A stretch of 64,000 nt of DNA from a virus. The notes under the pieces are model-generated. The model was given only the letters and a program-made list of their open reading frames with translations. It did not search any database and was not told the DNA's origin. A program made the translations under genes and the position numbers. The stretch lies in IMG/VR virus record IMGVR_UViG_3300028423_000861, positions 64,001 through 128,000 of that record; one strand, 5' to 3'. Of this stretch, positions 1 through 11,656 are shown in pieces (the first letter of the stretch is position 1; the number at the start of each line of letters is the position of its first letter).

Positions 1-36
1 TACCATTTGAAAGTCTTGATGTTTCATATTGTTCCT

Positions 37-576
37 TTATTTTTTTAGGAAATTTTGTATGAGCGGCACAGCTTTTTCAATATGATCAAAGCAGTGGCTG
101 CCGCCAGTAAACTTGTGAAACTCGTAACTGTCCTCAACTATGCTCTCGGTTTTATGAGCGCTTACGATATCGTCACCCATTTCAGATATAACGATACCAT
201 TCCCTTCCATGCTCATGTCAGGATATTTTTCGACAATATTATCACTAAGATAGTGATCTCGTCCTTCACGATCGGTAAAACTACCTAACCAACGCTCTAA
301 TGTTTTACTTGGTTGAGTGATAGGATTAAATGCAACGAAAGGAATATCGTATTTTTCACTCACAAAGGCAGCAATGTAACCGCCCATACTCGTTCCGATA
401 ATTAGATCAATTTCGTGTTCTTCAACACTCCAGGATACAGTTTTAAAAACATTTTCGTATCCTTTACAAAACTCTACGTCGACACCGTAAACCTTGCCCA
501 ACTGTTCTAGTTGTTTGACTTTTTCATGTTCGGGGTCGAATCGACTCCCGAATCCATGGACATATAGTATCTTCAT
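37..576 (-). CDS. YqiA/YcfP-like alpha/beta-fold esterase
   Basis: LYVHGFGS N-terminus, GTSMGG nucleophile elbow, GGSH near C-terminus. Confidence 0.85.
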   Translation of the reverse strand: MKILYVHGFGSRFDPEHEKVKQLEQLGKVYGVDVEFCKGYENVFKTVSWSVEEHEIDLIIGTSMGGYIAAFVSEKYDIPFVAFNPITQPSKTLERWLGSFTDREGRDHYLSDNIVEKYPDMSMEGNGIVISEMGDDIVSAHKTESIVEDSYEFHKFTGGSHCFDHIEKAVPLIQNFLKK

Positions 577-895
577 TATTCGTTCCGTATAATGATCTCA
601 CTACCGTCTTTGAAGCTCATCCAGGCTCCAATGTAGTAATCACATCCTCCGTCAACTTTTTCGAAGGCACCATATTCGTCTTCAAGTGCTTCATACGCAA
701 CTACCGGAATAGACGTATCATAACGTTTAGCGTTATCGGGATCAAATTCCACATACATTGCAAGATCAGCAATGGAAACTGTGTTGTCATTTTCTGTTTT
801 GGAAACTTTTACTTGAGCATTTCCCAATTCGGCAATTTTTATCATGTCACTCTCCTTTGCTTACATTATCAATATAAGCAAAAACGATTGGATTG

Positions 896-1549
896 TCAAT
901 CATCTTTTGGGCGCCGATGACCGATCTTTTTAGCCCAATCACGCATACGCTTGAACAAACGGGTAACTTGTGTTTCAGTATCGCTGCCTTCACTATTGTC
1001 AATTACATACATGTCATTGCCGAAATAATGTTGAAACTTGCCGATATTGTCTTGAACTGCATTCCACATCTTTTCAACTTCTTCGTCTGGAAGCTGACGG
1101 TTGCGCATCCTGTTTCTTTTCAATGCAGTTTCTAGATTGGTGTTGACAAAGATCATCGCGGTATCGTATCCCAACTCTTCTAGCTTTTCGGCTTGACGAG
1201 AGATCTTATCATAATCTTTACCAGTGCCATCGATTACAAGACCCAACGCACCTTTGAGATAATTCTGCATTTGCTTGTTAGTTATAGATTTGGCGTGGAC
1301 ACGTATTTCCTGTCCACGCCTGCTATAAATGTCATCTGGAGTAGTGGTTAACCCAGCGTCTTTTAAATATTTTTCAAATGCTGCATCGTTATTGACAACT
1401 TTAAATCCAAGAGATCTCAATGCCGAACGATCTACAATGTAGCTTTTTCCACTTCCAGGACCGCCTGCGAGGAAAACAGCTTTATATATGGAAGGATCGT
1501 TCGGTCCTTCCTCGAGAGTATTTTCCAGGATAATATCTTCTATCAACAT
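896..1549 (-). CDS. P-loop kinase (zeta-toxin/AAA_33-like)
   Basis: Walker A GGPGSGKS, LVIDGT, RNRMR lid motif. Confidence 0.8.
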   Translation of the reverse strand: MLIEDIILENTLEEGPNDPSIYKAVFLAGGPGSGKSYIVDRSALRSLGFKVVNNDAAFEKYLKDAGLTTTPDDIYSRRGQEIRVHAKSITNKQMQNYLKGALGLVIDGTGKDYDKISRQAEKLEELGYDTAMIFVNTNLETALKRNRMRNRQLPDEEVEKMWNAVQDNIGKFQHYFGNDMYVIDNSEGSDTETQVTRLFKRMRDWAKKIGHRRPKDD

Positions 1550-1568
1550 ACATTTATTTATTTAGATT

Positions 1569-1653
1569 TGGTAGGGATGGAGGGACTTGAACCCCCACGC
1601 CTTGCGGCATCAGAACCTAAATCTGACGTGTCTGCCTATTCCACCACATCCCC
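1569..1653 (-). tRNA. tRNA-Leu(UAG)
   Basis: cloverleaf, TCAGA-TTTAGGT-TCTGA, long V-arm, CCA. Confidence 0.93.
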
Positions 1654-1658
1654 ACATG

Positions 1659-1997
1659 TCAATTTTTATCTTTAGGGTGATCAACATGCCTAAGTTTTTT
1701 ACGTGTATTGCGAGCTGCCTTGTTCATCGCTTCTTGTTGTTTTCTTGCATGACGAAACACAATGCATGTAATAAAAATACCACCAACAATCAAGAAATGA
1801 ATCACAACCCCAGCACCAAAAGCAAAAAAACTTCCTGTAATCCAACCAAAAATTATTGCCCACATGATGCCTAGCATTTGAAACGCTGTGTGTGACTCGT
1901 GAAATCCTAGATGACGTAGAGGTGATTTTTCTACTGCCAAAAACGTTTCTAGACATTCACCTATCCAGATAAAAAACTTTTTAAAAGGCTTACGCAC
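1659..1997 (-). CDS. hypothetical membrane protein
   Basis: two hydrophobic segments, basic tail. Confidence 0.55.
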   Translation of the reverse strand: MRKPFKKFFIWIGECLETFLAVEKSPLRHLGFHESHTAFQMLGIMWAIIFGWITGSFFAFGAGVVIHFLIVGGIFITCIVFRHARKQQEAMNKAARNTRKKLRHVDHPKDKN

Positions 1998-2028
1998 AAC
2001 ATGTTTCCTGGTAGTCGTTTATTTATAT

Positions 2029-2218
2029 GATAGAACATTCTCGGTTATTGCTAAGAGGCGAGGTGAAACGCTCTTTTATCGGCTTTGCCAGCAATTCTGG
2101 CCTGCACACATTACCCCCTCTACAGTTTGGATATGAAAGGTATGAGCTTTCATAAGTAATATGTGCTTTCTGACGGCCCCGTTAAGAAGGTCCTCATCTC
2201 CTTCATAGAAGTTCTATC
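2029..2218 (-). ncRNA. unclassified structured RNA (~190 nt)
   Basis: ORF-free; closing stem GATAGAAC/GTTCTATC; internal stems GCACATATTAC/GTAATGTGTGC, TATGAAAG/CTTTCATA, GCCAG/CTGGC; promoter-like sequence upstream (~2265-2292). Confidence 0.6.
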
Positions 2219-3399
2219 TCCAAATGCCTGGGTTGATCATTCCCTGTGCACTTGATATTTCATCAATATAACAAATTTGTATATAATATCAAGACTTTAC
2301 ATGTATTGAGCTAGCATGAGTTTCGCAATAAGCAACTCATGATCGTCAAGATCAGCAACTTGATCATCAATATGTTGCAAATGCATGAGCTCAATGAGTG
2401 TATCAATTTGTTGGCGCCTGAATAGTGGTAATTGACTACGGAATTCTTCCAGTTCGGTTCTTGTATCAAATGACCAGATCATGTCGAGCATCTCGACTTG
2501 TTCAAGAGTCAGGTTTGATATTTCCATTTTCAAGATCCTCGATTGCTTGGTTAACGGCAGTAGTAAAGTTTAACGCAGCTTGACGGCGTAAAAGCAGACT
2601 ATGGTGGCGAACGCTGTTGCCGCCCCAAATAACACGCCAGGCATCTGCAAGACGCTGGTGAAACTTCCTCCAACCTTGTAGGTCTGTTTGAACATAGAAT
2701 GTTACTTCAACATCATCAATATCAGGATCTTGAGATACCTCAATCCACGCCGTGATAGAATGATCTGGATCTGAACATTCACAATCTACATTGTAAACCA
2801 TAGCATCGTGCCATGAATTACTTCTTGAAATCCCAAGTGCAGGTTTTTCAGCTTTCATATTTTTTCCTTATGCAATAATCATGCTCATTAACAGCAAAAC
2901 AACACCAGTTACACCAAAAACAGGATTGGTTTGCGCGACTTTGGTAAAAAATTCAATAAGGTTTGGCGGCGCGTTTGTAATAAAGTTTTCAACTAGTTGA
3001 TCACTGTCAACATCGCTTTCTCGCCAATTGGGCGTAAACTTTACGATCTGCCAAAACATCCACATCCAATTGAGGACCCAAATTAAAACCAATCCTGTAC
3101 CAAATTCAAAAAACATCATTGTGACATACTCCCAATGTTTTTTCCAAGTTCTTGCATTTCACGAGCATGTTGACGATTAATCTCACGAATATTTTCTCGT
3201 TGTTCTTCTGTCAAATCTTCCCAATCAGGACCTTCTCGTTGATAGAATTCTAAAGAAAGATAATATTCTTTTTTATGCCCGTCTTCTACAGCACAATTAA
3301 CGAACCTGATCTTGTCTTGTTCGGAAAGGCCCATATACCCTTCTTTCTCGAGTAATTTTTGCCATTCTTGTGATTTATAGAACGGTGTGAAAAATTTAT

Positions 3400-3930
3400 T
3401 CATGAATCTCTCCATGCAGATTTGTCTTGATAGTAACTGTTAATCGAACCAATCGTAATATTACCATCAGGACCGCGCCAGCCCGGATTCGCTCTCCACG
3501 CCCGAGAGCCTTTATGATAAACGATGAGCTCGTCTGTAATTGGTCGTCCGTTAGTCTTGAGTCGGAAAAATTTACCTGGCGCAGCTTGCATGAAACCCAG
3601 CGCAACCGAACCATCATATTTCCAAGCCTTAAGGTATTTGTGATATACATCCAATTGCTCTTCTGGTTTCATGTTGAGAACAAGCTCAGTATCAAGATTC
3701 ATACCATACACTCGATTGAGCCATTCAAGCGTAGATGGAATTAATTGAAATGCACCTGCCGCTCGTGATCCACGATTGTAGGAAGCAAAATTCCATTTAG
3801 GAACCGTCTCGCCATAAATGACGTCATAAAAATCACCGGGATTGATACCGTATTTCCTGGACATATACTCGAGTAATGATGTCCATCTTTTATTTCGTGC
3901 GAGGTCTTCTGGCGTTTGAATATTTGTCAT
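3400..3930 (-). CDS. lysozyme-fold/lytic transglycosylase-like protein
   Basis: GET...AAGAFQLIPST...EEQLD motifs. Confidence 0.7.
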   Translation of the reverse strand: MTNIQTPEDLARNKRWTSLLEYMSRKYGINPGDFYDVIYGETVPKWNFASYNRGSRAAGAFQLIPSTLEWLNRVYGMNLDTELVLNMKPEEQLDVYHKYLKAWKYDGSVALGFMQAAPGKFFRLKTNGRPITDELIVYHKGSRAWRANPGWRGPDGNITIGSINSYYQDKSAWRDS

Positions 3931-3937
3931 CTTTTTA

Positions 3938-5125
3938 TTAAACCATTTTGAGAAGCTCTTGTTTCGTGAGCTTGAATCCCGAAGTTTCCCACTCCGCCCT
4001 CAGTTGTGCCAGCTTGCGGCCCATCTCAGGACCAGGCGAATGTCCAGCAGAGATAAGATCGCTTCCGCTAAGAGGAAATTCAGGAGGTGACCAGGCCTTG
4101 AGTGCAGGAATTCGGTTCCCTTGACCAACACTGTTTAGCAATGCAAAGACATTTTCTGACTTGATTTTTGGGTCGGCAAGCATACGCTTGATGTCTTCGT
4201 CAGTGAGATCTTGATCACGATTATCGATAATAAATTTGGCGCGATTAAAGACCTCGTTGGAGAATTTCCATTTATTGCGGAGAGTCTGGAGTCCAGCGGT
4301 GTTATTTAGTGCCGCAGCAAGAGCGGCTACTGGATCGTCACCAGTGACCTGCCGCACCATACCAACACGATTATTCGGCATATCAATAGCTTCTAGAACA
4401 TCTGTTTGATCCATGCGCTTGAGAACTTCTGCACGGCTGTTAGGACGGCTGAGAATCTTTTCCATTTCCATCCAAACACGTTCTCCGCTTATATTAGCAA
4501 GTCCTTGGGCATTGCGGGCAACTGCATCCATGGTTTCTTGATCCCATGAAGGACCGTTCAAACGTCCCTGGAAACGAAAGAACCGGAGAATGCGCAAGTA
4601 ATCTTCTTGCATACGTTCATCAGGATTGCCTACAAAACGTGCAACGCCGTTTTCAAGATCTTCAACACCGTCAAAGTAATCATGCAACGTGCCATCCATT
4701 TCCATGCTCATTGCATTAAAAGTCAAATCACGACGTTCAGCATCTTTGCGCCAGTCATTTGTAAACTCTACATCGGCATGACGGCCATCGGTTTCAGAAT
4801 CGATTCTCAACGTTGTAATTTCAATAGGCTCGCCATCCAATATTGCCGTGATAGTCCCATGGTCGAGACCAGTCGGCTCGTGGCGTATTCCTGCCCGATC
4901 TAATATTTCCATCATTTGTTCAGGACGAGCGTCAGTTGCCATGTCAATGTCCTTGGGATCTTTGCCAAGAACAAGATCACGCACAGCACCACCCACAATA
5001 CGAACCTCAAAGCCAGCGGCACGGGCAGCTCGATCCAACGTTCGCACTGCCGGAGTAAGAAGATGATCAAAACGATCATGTTCAAGCTTCATTGTAGCTT
5101 CATTAAGGATATTATGTAGGCGCAT
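3938..5125 (-). CDS. cca: CCA-adding tRNA nucleotidyltransferase
   Basis: VGGAVRD, DIDMAT, EITTLR, RRDLTFNA, EDYLRILRFFRF, ERVWME. Confidence 0.95.
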   Translation of the reverse strand: MRLHNILNEATMKLEHDRFDHLLTPAVRTLDRAARAAGFEVRIVGGAVRDLVLGKDPKDIDMATDARPEQMMEILDRAGIRHEPTGLDHGTITAILDGEPIEITTLRIDSETDGRHADVEFTNDWRKDAERRDLTFNAMSMEMDGTLHDYFDGVEDLENGVARFVGNPDERMQEDYLRILRFFRFQGRLNGPSWDQETMDAVARNAQGLANISGERVWMEMEKILSRPNSRAEVLKRMDQTDVLEAIDMPNNRVGMVRQVTGDDPVAALAAALNNTAGLQTLRNKWKFSNEVFNRAKFIIDNRDQDLTDEDIKRMLADPKIKSENVFALLNSVGQGNRIPALKAWSPPEFPLSGSDLISAGHSPGPEMGRKLAQLRAEWETSGFKLTKQELLKMV

Positions 5126-5180
5126 GTGTTCTCCCTTTCTCAACCTTTATTATGGCCAAGAAACTTCGGTATGTCAAACA

Positions 5181-5579
5181 CTATTTACCAAAGGGAAAGA
5201 ACTTTGGTTCAACTTCTACATCAAAAGGATCGACCGCTTGCCAATTACGGCTATCTTTGATTAGATCATTACTATCAACAGGCTTTGCTCCTGCAGAACG
5301 ATCAATACTCACAGTGATATGATAAAAACTACCATCGTCTCGCTGTGTCGTGCCATTAACCTTTACGATAGCTGCTTGAACACGGTCATTACTAGCTACC
5401 GCAGTTACACGAACAGAGTGTGTCTCGGGCGGGAGACTCTCGTAAACCCCAAATTCGTTAGTGACATGATGTGCAATAACATCCGGGTGCACAGGATCTA
5501 TATGAGCAAGTAGATGCTCCCGACCACGGGGCGTAAGGAGGTATCCATTATACCCTTTACGGAGTTTCTTTTCATCCAT
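5181..5579 (-). CDS. 2H phosphoesterase (cyclic phosphodiesterase)
   Basis: two HxT motifs: HHVT and YHIT. Confidence 0.75.
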   Translation of the reverse strand: MDEKKLRKGYNGYLLTPRGREHLLAHIDPVHPDVIAHHVTNEFGVYESLPPETHSVRVTAVASNDRVQAAIVKVNGTTQRDDGSFYHITVSIDRSAGAKPVDSNDLIKDSRNWQAVDPFDVEVEPKFFPFGK

Positions 5580-5815
5580 GCAGATCTTCCTCCTTGACGC
5601 CTAATTGATCCAACACCTTACCGCGATAGTAAAGATGCACAAGTAATACTGGTATTCCAGGAATAGCAGTATAATCAACCCACCATGTCCAATATCCATA
5701 TACCAAATAGGAAACCGGCAAAGATAGCGCAGTGACCAATAAAAGGACCAGAAATATTAAAAAACTGGCCACAAACCATTTCTTGTCGTTTTTATTGACT
5801 CGTGACCAGTCTAGC

Positions 5816-6358
5816 TCATTCCTCTTCAAAGACAATGTCCTTCTTTTCCAGTGCCTTTGTCAGCATCCTGATGCTTTTGTCGTAACGACGATTTAGGCGC
5901 TCGGCTCTATTTCCGGGCATCTTGCTTTTATCGCCTCGACGATTGACAATGTTATCAGCAAGCTTGACCATCATAGCACCAGTGTTGTCGCTATCAATAA
6001 TACGTTGGATATTAACATGGTAATCGTCACTTGTTTTAAGTGTGAGAAGCATTACCATCTCGACAACTTCGTCGCTGTATCGCTGCGTTAGATCATTGCG
6101 TGTATACGCAGTGTCTTCTACAACATCATGGAGCAGAGCAGCGAGTGTGAGGTTGATTTGTTCAGCCGCCGTGAGCTTTGTTCCTTGTCCTGATTTAAGA
6201 ATCAGGTGGTTAACTTCCTGTGCAACTTCCACAGGATGCATAAAATACGGCATGTCATCGTATTTCTGTCCCTGGTGCGCTTCTTGGATAAAGGCAACCG
6301 TTGCTGTAATAGCAAGGTTTTTGGAGGCGGGATCATTGTATGCGTTGAGCTTCATCAT
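5816..6358 (-). CDS. HD-domain (p)ppGpp hydrolase-like protein (SpoT/Mesh1 type)
   Basis: AH.GQ, PY..HP.EVA, ALLHDVVEDT, VKLAD. Confidence 0.85.
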   Translation of the reverse strand: MMKLNAYNDPASKNLAITATVAFIQEAHQGQKYDDMPYFMHPVEVAQEVNHLILKSGQGTKLTAAEQINLTLAALLHDVVEDTAYTRNDLTQRYSDEVVEMVMLLTLKTSDDYHVNIQRIIDSDNTGAMMVKLADNIVNRRGDKSKMPGNRAERLNRRYDKSIRMLTKALEKKDIVFEEE

Positions 6359-7927
6359 ATTTTTATATTAAGCTAAATTAGTTATAGAGTCAATCACTAT
6401 CTGTCTCTTCACGTGCAAGAAAAAATCTAGGATCACGATTTCGCATAAGTTGATCAATAGTGAACTCGACTCGGTTGGTTTCAACAGTTTGAACAACTTC
6501 GTTCATCCTGCGATCAATCAGAGATACTTTGGCCATGACATGTATTCCTTTTAAAGCCTGATTAATTCATGTGGTTCAAAATTAAAACGATCGCCATTGG
6601 CGAATTCAACTCGTATGAGAATTCTATCACGCTCTCTAACAAATCCTACCACGTGTCCAGGGTTCGGATCCCAGTATTGGTCTCGTTCAGCCACGACGCG
6701 GCCCCGCCAAAATTCACCTAGTTCTTCAAGATTAAACATTACACATCTCCCTGATATATTTATTTAGAGGCTGGGATACCCTCCTAATACAAGAACAAAT
6801 GCAGCAGTGATTGCTTTAACACAAACAAGACCGCCTACAATTGCAAGAATATCCAAGATCATTTTTAACTCCAAACAACTTACTTTACGAGCGGAATGCT
6901 TCAGCAAGTGCGGCGATGCGCTTGCGTTCTTGCTCTTTGCGGAATTCTTCGGCCTCACGAGCAAGCTTTTGTTCGAGTTCTTGTGCTTTTTCAGACATAA
7001 GCGACCTCCTCAAAGTCTTCAAGTTTCATTTCCGGATAGAACACAACACCACGGGGCAGATTTGCACCCGGGCGTTTCATCCCAATATGTGTATTGTGTC
7101 GATACGGATGAGCTTCATACCAGCGACCCAAAATTTGACGTGGAGTCACGCGATAAATGGTATACAGCAAACCGTTTTTTCTGTAGCGGAAGAGTGTCAT
7201 TGTTTCACCTCTCATCAATGAAAGTGACATGTCGCGCTTTGCGATATTCTCTCGCCTGGGGATGATCCCATAGAAGATCAGGATTATCACCTGGCCCTAC
7301 CTTTTGACCATCAAGACGATACGGCTGAGCAAGAAACATCACTTCGTTTCCGATAACATTTACCAAAGTAATACGCGCCCGCCGACCTTTGAATTTTCCA
7401 TAATTCAAAATCACATCTTGTCCAAGAAGCTGAGATTCAGCTGAATCAAGAACACTCTTGTGAACTTCGGCAATTTCTTGATTGAGTTGTTCTAGAAGAT
7501 TTTTCACGGTTCAAGAACCCTATCAATTTCCCATTGCAGGTCGCGAACACCATCAATAAGATCATCAAGTTCGCGACGTTCCCACGTGCTATCTGAATTT
7601 TCCTTGATGTCTTGAAGCCTACTTATGGCTTCATCAAGAACATCACGTCCTTTTTCGAGTTTGGATTTCATCTGATTCTCCTTTACTGGATTACCGCGGT
7701 GGACTGGTGAGTGGGCTCGGGCATCACAGCCGCGTATTTGGGCTGGCCCGCTCCATCTACACCATTTTGAACAATGAGTCCTCGCCGCTTGGCAGCACGA
7801 ACCGCCGCGCTAACAGTAGCACAACCGTGACTCTGGAAAAACATAGGAATAATGTCGTTACCTTCACGGGCAAATTCAACCATGTCGTTCATACATTGTT
7901 CAGTCTTGGGATTCATGCCGTATCTCC

Positions 7928-7970
7928 TTGCTTACATGACCAATATAACCGAAGTGTCTTGGTCTGTCAA
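7928..7970 (-). promoter_or_regulatory. sigma70-type promoter/leader, identical 43-bp copy at 9067-9109
   Basis: TTGACA-17bp-TATATT...GTAAGCAA then RBS; related copies near 857-898, 20844-20886, 52076-52116. Confidence 0.8.
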
Positions 7971-9066
7971 CCAAAATTAGAGGTTAATTTGGAGATCCTT
8001 GGTAACTCCAGCACCGCCTTTGTAAAGTTCGCTACCATCCAGCAGAACACTATCACGCCGATGACCGCGGACTTCAATCGGTTGGTCCAGCATAACAGTT
8101 ACAGCAAGGTCGTTGCCGTAACGACTGCGAACTTCAGCAATGACACCGGTAAAGGGCGAATCCCAATAAGTGCCAACTACAGCTTTGCCAACACCGTTGC
8201 TGTAAAGCTTGCCCATAAAGTCGTTGAATTTCATTGCGGAGTCTTTCTATTTGATTTCGCTTGCGTATCCCTTGAGGGTGGCACTGTTGGCAACCCAATC
8301 AGGAATATTGTCGTTTTTGAGGATGTATTGCTTGGCTCGCTCAACGCCTTGTTGGATAGCTTGGGCGCGGGTTTCAGCTTCGATGATGTATTGTTTGCCA
8401 CCAAAGTAGCCCGCACGCCATTCAACAAGAACGCTAAAACGTTTCATCACGCAGTCTCCATCATTTTAGCGCGGACGAAGGCCATGATAGCTGCATCGCG
8501 GCTGTTAAAACCATCAAGCGGCTGGCGGTTATCGCCAAAGATAACAAACCAGGTCTTGTCGACCAGATTCTGGTCGATAATACCGCCATCATCGTTGGGA
8601 TTAACCAGCATCCCGTTTTCATTTTCTTTCCATTGGTTGTCAAGAAGGTCTTTCATTATACTGTCTCCAGCCTTGCAGAGGTGATATGGCGAGCTTTCAT
8701 GCAGTATCCGTAGAAGAACCCTTTGGCAGCTTTTTCAGTCTCAAAGGATTTTTCCTTCTGGATACGACCATAAACTTTCCAAGTAACCTTAAACATAGTG
8801 GAATACCTCCAGTATAGGTGTTAAACGGCTCAGGCGCGGCGGAGCTCTTCCCAGTTATCAAGCATGTATTCGGCACTGACCTTTGCTTCACGCTTGGTGG
8901 GCAGGGGATCACTATGCAAGTCAAGTATACCAACAGCTGACGCAACCCACTCAGTGCCGTAACCATAGTCGGCGCTATATACTTCAACTTCATTGATACC
9001 ATCAGTAACAATGTAATATCCAGCACAGCTCTTGTGGGTTGCGAAACGTGTCATTGTGGTCTTCCT

Positions 9067-9109
9067 TTGCTTACATGACCAATATAACCGAAGTGTCTTG
9101 GTCTGTCAA
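9067..9109 (-). repeat. second copy of 43-bp promoter repeat
   Basis: identical to 7928-7970. Confidence 0.85.
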
Positions 9110-9114
9110 GCACA

Positions 9115-9558
9115 TTATCGAATTTCTTCACGAATTTCCATAATTATCCTGCCGAGCCAATTTAAACCATTGCCATCTGTTGTAACTCCCCAGAAGCGAT
9201 CACCCCATGTATTTTCTTCAATTAGCTCTTGATCACCAGTGTCGATCAATCGTTGCTTGAGCTCCGGGTTATCCTGGCTATATTTAAATCTAGTCAAATC
9301 TTTCATGACCTCAATACGGATGTCTTCCCAGTCTGGACGCAAATCGACCATTTTCCCCACCCGCTTGATTTCAGCAGGTGTCCTCTCTAAAAACCATGTT
9401 AGGTTTTCAGAAGACAGAAGTCCTTGCAATGCCATGGGATACATTTTAGACGCCACGTATGCATGTTCGACAGTGGGCCAAACGATACCATAAGCGTCAA
9501 TTTTGGCTGGATAAAAATTCGAAAGCCAGCGATACTCGCCCTGAAATCCACTAATCAT
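9115..9558 (-). CDS. NADAR (YbiA-like) family protein
   Basis: LSNFY, TVEHAY.A.K, KY.Q, LIEENTWGDRFWG, G.N.LG.I.M. Confidence 0.9.
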   Translation of the reverse strand: MISGFQGEYRWLSNFYPAKIDAYGIVWPTVEHAYVASKMYPMALQGLLSSENLTWFLERTPAEIKRVGKMVDLRPDWEDIRIEVMKDLTRFKYSQDNPELKQRLIDTGDQELIEENTWGDRFWGVTTDGNGLNWLGRIIMEIREEIR

Positions 9559-9779
9559 GCAGGTTCCTTGATAAATCCTTCGCCAATTGAACGAGTGTGT
9601 TTGCAACGGCCATGCATTTGCATCCCAACGCAATCACAGGTAAAGCCGCGGTTAGTAAATTCCACGGTGTAAACATTGTCTTTGCTTCCAGGAACAACCC
9701 ACTGTGTTCCTACAGCCCAGTGGTCATTGAAATTGATTTCCTCAGGAGTATAATAGCGAGGTCCAAATTTACGTGCCAT
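9555..9779 (-). CDS. SWIM zinc-finger protein
   Basis: CDC...CKH. Confidence 0.75.
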   Translation of the reverse strand: MARKFGPRYYTPEEINFNDHWAVGTQWVVPGSKDNVYTVEFTNRGFTCDCVGMQMHGRCKHTRSIGEGFIKEPA

Positions 9780-9780
9780 G

Positions 9781-10443
9781 TTATACCTCTTGACTGTTGG
9801 TGTTATCGGCAGCCAATTCGTTCTGAATAATCTGTTGATGCATCCAGTGTTGGTTGGACTGAACGTGGTCAGCTCTTACGTATTTTGCAACATGTAACTC
9901 AAATTTGTCAATAGGAAATTCTCGTGTGGTTCTAACCACATAACCTTCCACGGGTTCTTCAGACTGTTCAATTTTGTCTATAACGCTTTTTGTGGTATGA
10001 AGTAGCCATGGACCGCGATATAGAACACGCGGTGTCGGATAATTAAATTGATCAAGTATTTCAACAGTTCGATCCCAGGAAAGACACATGTCGTCTTGGA
10101 ATACAGCAAACCCATAAAAATAGCTGAGCAAATTTTTGTAATGAATAGAATGCTGTGCAAACAAATTCTCGCCTACAATACGCATATTGTCAGGGAGGTT
10201 ATGTGCTTTGCTAGCCCAGTCGGCTTTTATCCATGTTCTGCTCTCATGATATTTGCTATCAGTGCTGCGAGCATGAGTATAACCATCAGGATACAGTGTG
10301 GTATTTTCGCCATCCATTTTTTCAGTGATAACAACTTCACCTATAAAAAGTTGGTGATAGACCTTCATGACACGATCATCATTGGTCAGACCCGGACTCC
10401 AATTCAAATGTGGAGTTCTTGGATATTTGTAACGATCAGTCAT
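9781..10443 (-). CDS. RNA ligase family protein
   Basis: KYPRTPHL, TEKMDGEN (motif I), EGYVVR, AKYVR. Confidence 0.88.
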   Translation of the reverse strand: MTDRYKYPRTPHLNWSPGLTNDDRVMKVYHQLFIGEVVITEKMDGENTTLYPDGYTHARSTDSKYHESRTWIKADWASKAHNLPDNMRIVGENLFAQHSIHYKNLLSYFYGFAVFQDDMCLSWDRTVEILDQFNYPTPRVLYRGPWLLHTTKSVIDKIEQSEEPVEGYVVRTTREFPIDKFELHVAKYVRADHVQSNQHWMHQQIIQNELAADNTNSQEV

Positions 10444-10932
10444 AATTTTGAAACAATTCTTCATTGCGTGAAAGGTCACTCTGGACAAATCGAACAAACC
10501 CTTCATCTTCACCACCATCGCCTAGGAACCGCTGGTAAAGTTCCCATTGATAGTTTACCCAGAGCAAATAGTCTATCACTTTTGTGTCTTCTGTGGCTTC
10601 TCGTTCAAGAAAAATATCACGCAATATTGCACCTTGGGCTTCACACTCACGCTGATACATTTTTTGTAACTCTGTCTTTACTTTAAACCAACGTTCATGC
10701 AAAGGCTTCCCGCCACGATCAAGAGTGGGTTTGAAATATTTGCTATAACGATCACGATCTAACCAGAAGAGAGGCGTTGGCCGTCTCAAATTGAGAAAGG
10801 GGACAAATGGGAAATCCACTGGTTCTGTGTGTTCAAGATATCGTTTTTTCATATGGCTATAATAGCAATACCCATAGAAAAAAGCAAGCCAAAAGGCTTG
10901 CTTTTTATAATTATAGATTGATTGATCTATTT

Positions 10933-11553
10933 TTAGAACTGAAACTCGAGTTCGATATTTGCATAAGCATCATCATTTGCAGTGTCAAATGGCTTAACAA
11001 CGCTTGGACGAATTGCAAGATTGTCATTTAGTGACACATCAACACCCAATTCTCCGTATCCGCCTGTTGCGGTAAAATCTTCACTCGCATTCCACGAGTA
11101 GCCAACTTCACCGAACATGTCAAGTTGATCAGTTACCATGAACTCAAGACCAACACGTGGCGTGACAAATACATCGCCGTTACCAAAGTCGCTTGTGTCG
11201 GCAGTATATGCAACTTGTCCAGCAAGTTCAAGGGTAGCGCCTTCACGGGTTTCTGTGTAGATGTATTCTGCACCTAGTGTTCCGACACCCTGATCGTTTA
11301 CTTCAGTGTATTCACCAAAAACAAAAACTTCGCTTGTGCCTGCTCCGAGTTCGTATTCTAGAACATAAGCACCAGCACCAAGTGTCCAAACATCACCAAT
11401 GCCGTTAAAATCACTTCCTACATTTGTTGTAGCGGTGAATTCAAGAGTTCCGTCGGTGACGGTTGTAGTGAGACGATTTGTGTCAAAATCACCTGCTGAA
11501 GCGACAGATGATAGACCAAGAGCCATAGCGGCTGAAATAACAAGTGTTTTCAT
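10933..11553 (-). CDS. outer-membrane beta-barrel (porin-like) protein
   Basis: signal peptide, amphipathic beta strands, terminal ELEFQF. Confidence 0.75.
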   Translation of the reverse strand: MKTLVISAAMALGLSSVASAGDFDTNRLTTTVTDGTLEFTATTNVGSDFNGIGDVWTLGAGAYVLEYELGAGTSEVFVFGEYTEVNDQGVGTLGAEYIYTETREGATLELAGQVAYTADTSDFGNGDVFVTPRVGLEFMVTDQLDMFGEVGYSWNASEDFTATGGYGELGVDVSLNDNLAIRPSVVKPFDTANDDAYANIELEFQF

Positions 11554-11656
11554 AATAATTAATCCTTTTATTGTTATGTTTCAATAACTTACATTAGTTA
11601 TCACTTTTTGTCTATTATCTGATGACTTATCTTGGCAATGATTTCAAAATGTTGCT

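Noticed and set aside
7707-8684. 325-aa plus-strand ORF (also 10048-10686, 23106-23696 and similar)
   Set aside because: Antisense shadows of minus-strand genes that have RBS, promoters or recognisable motifs
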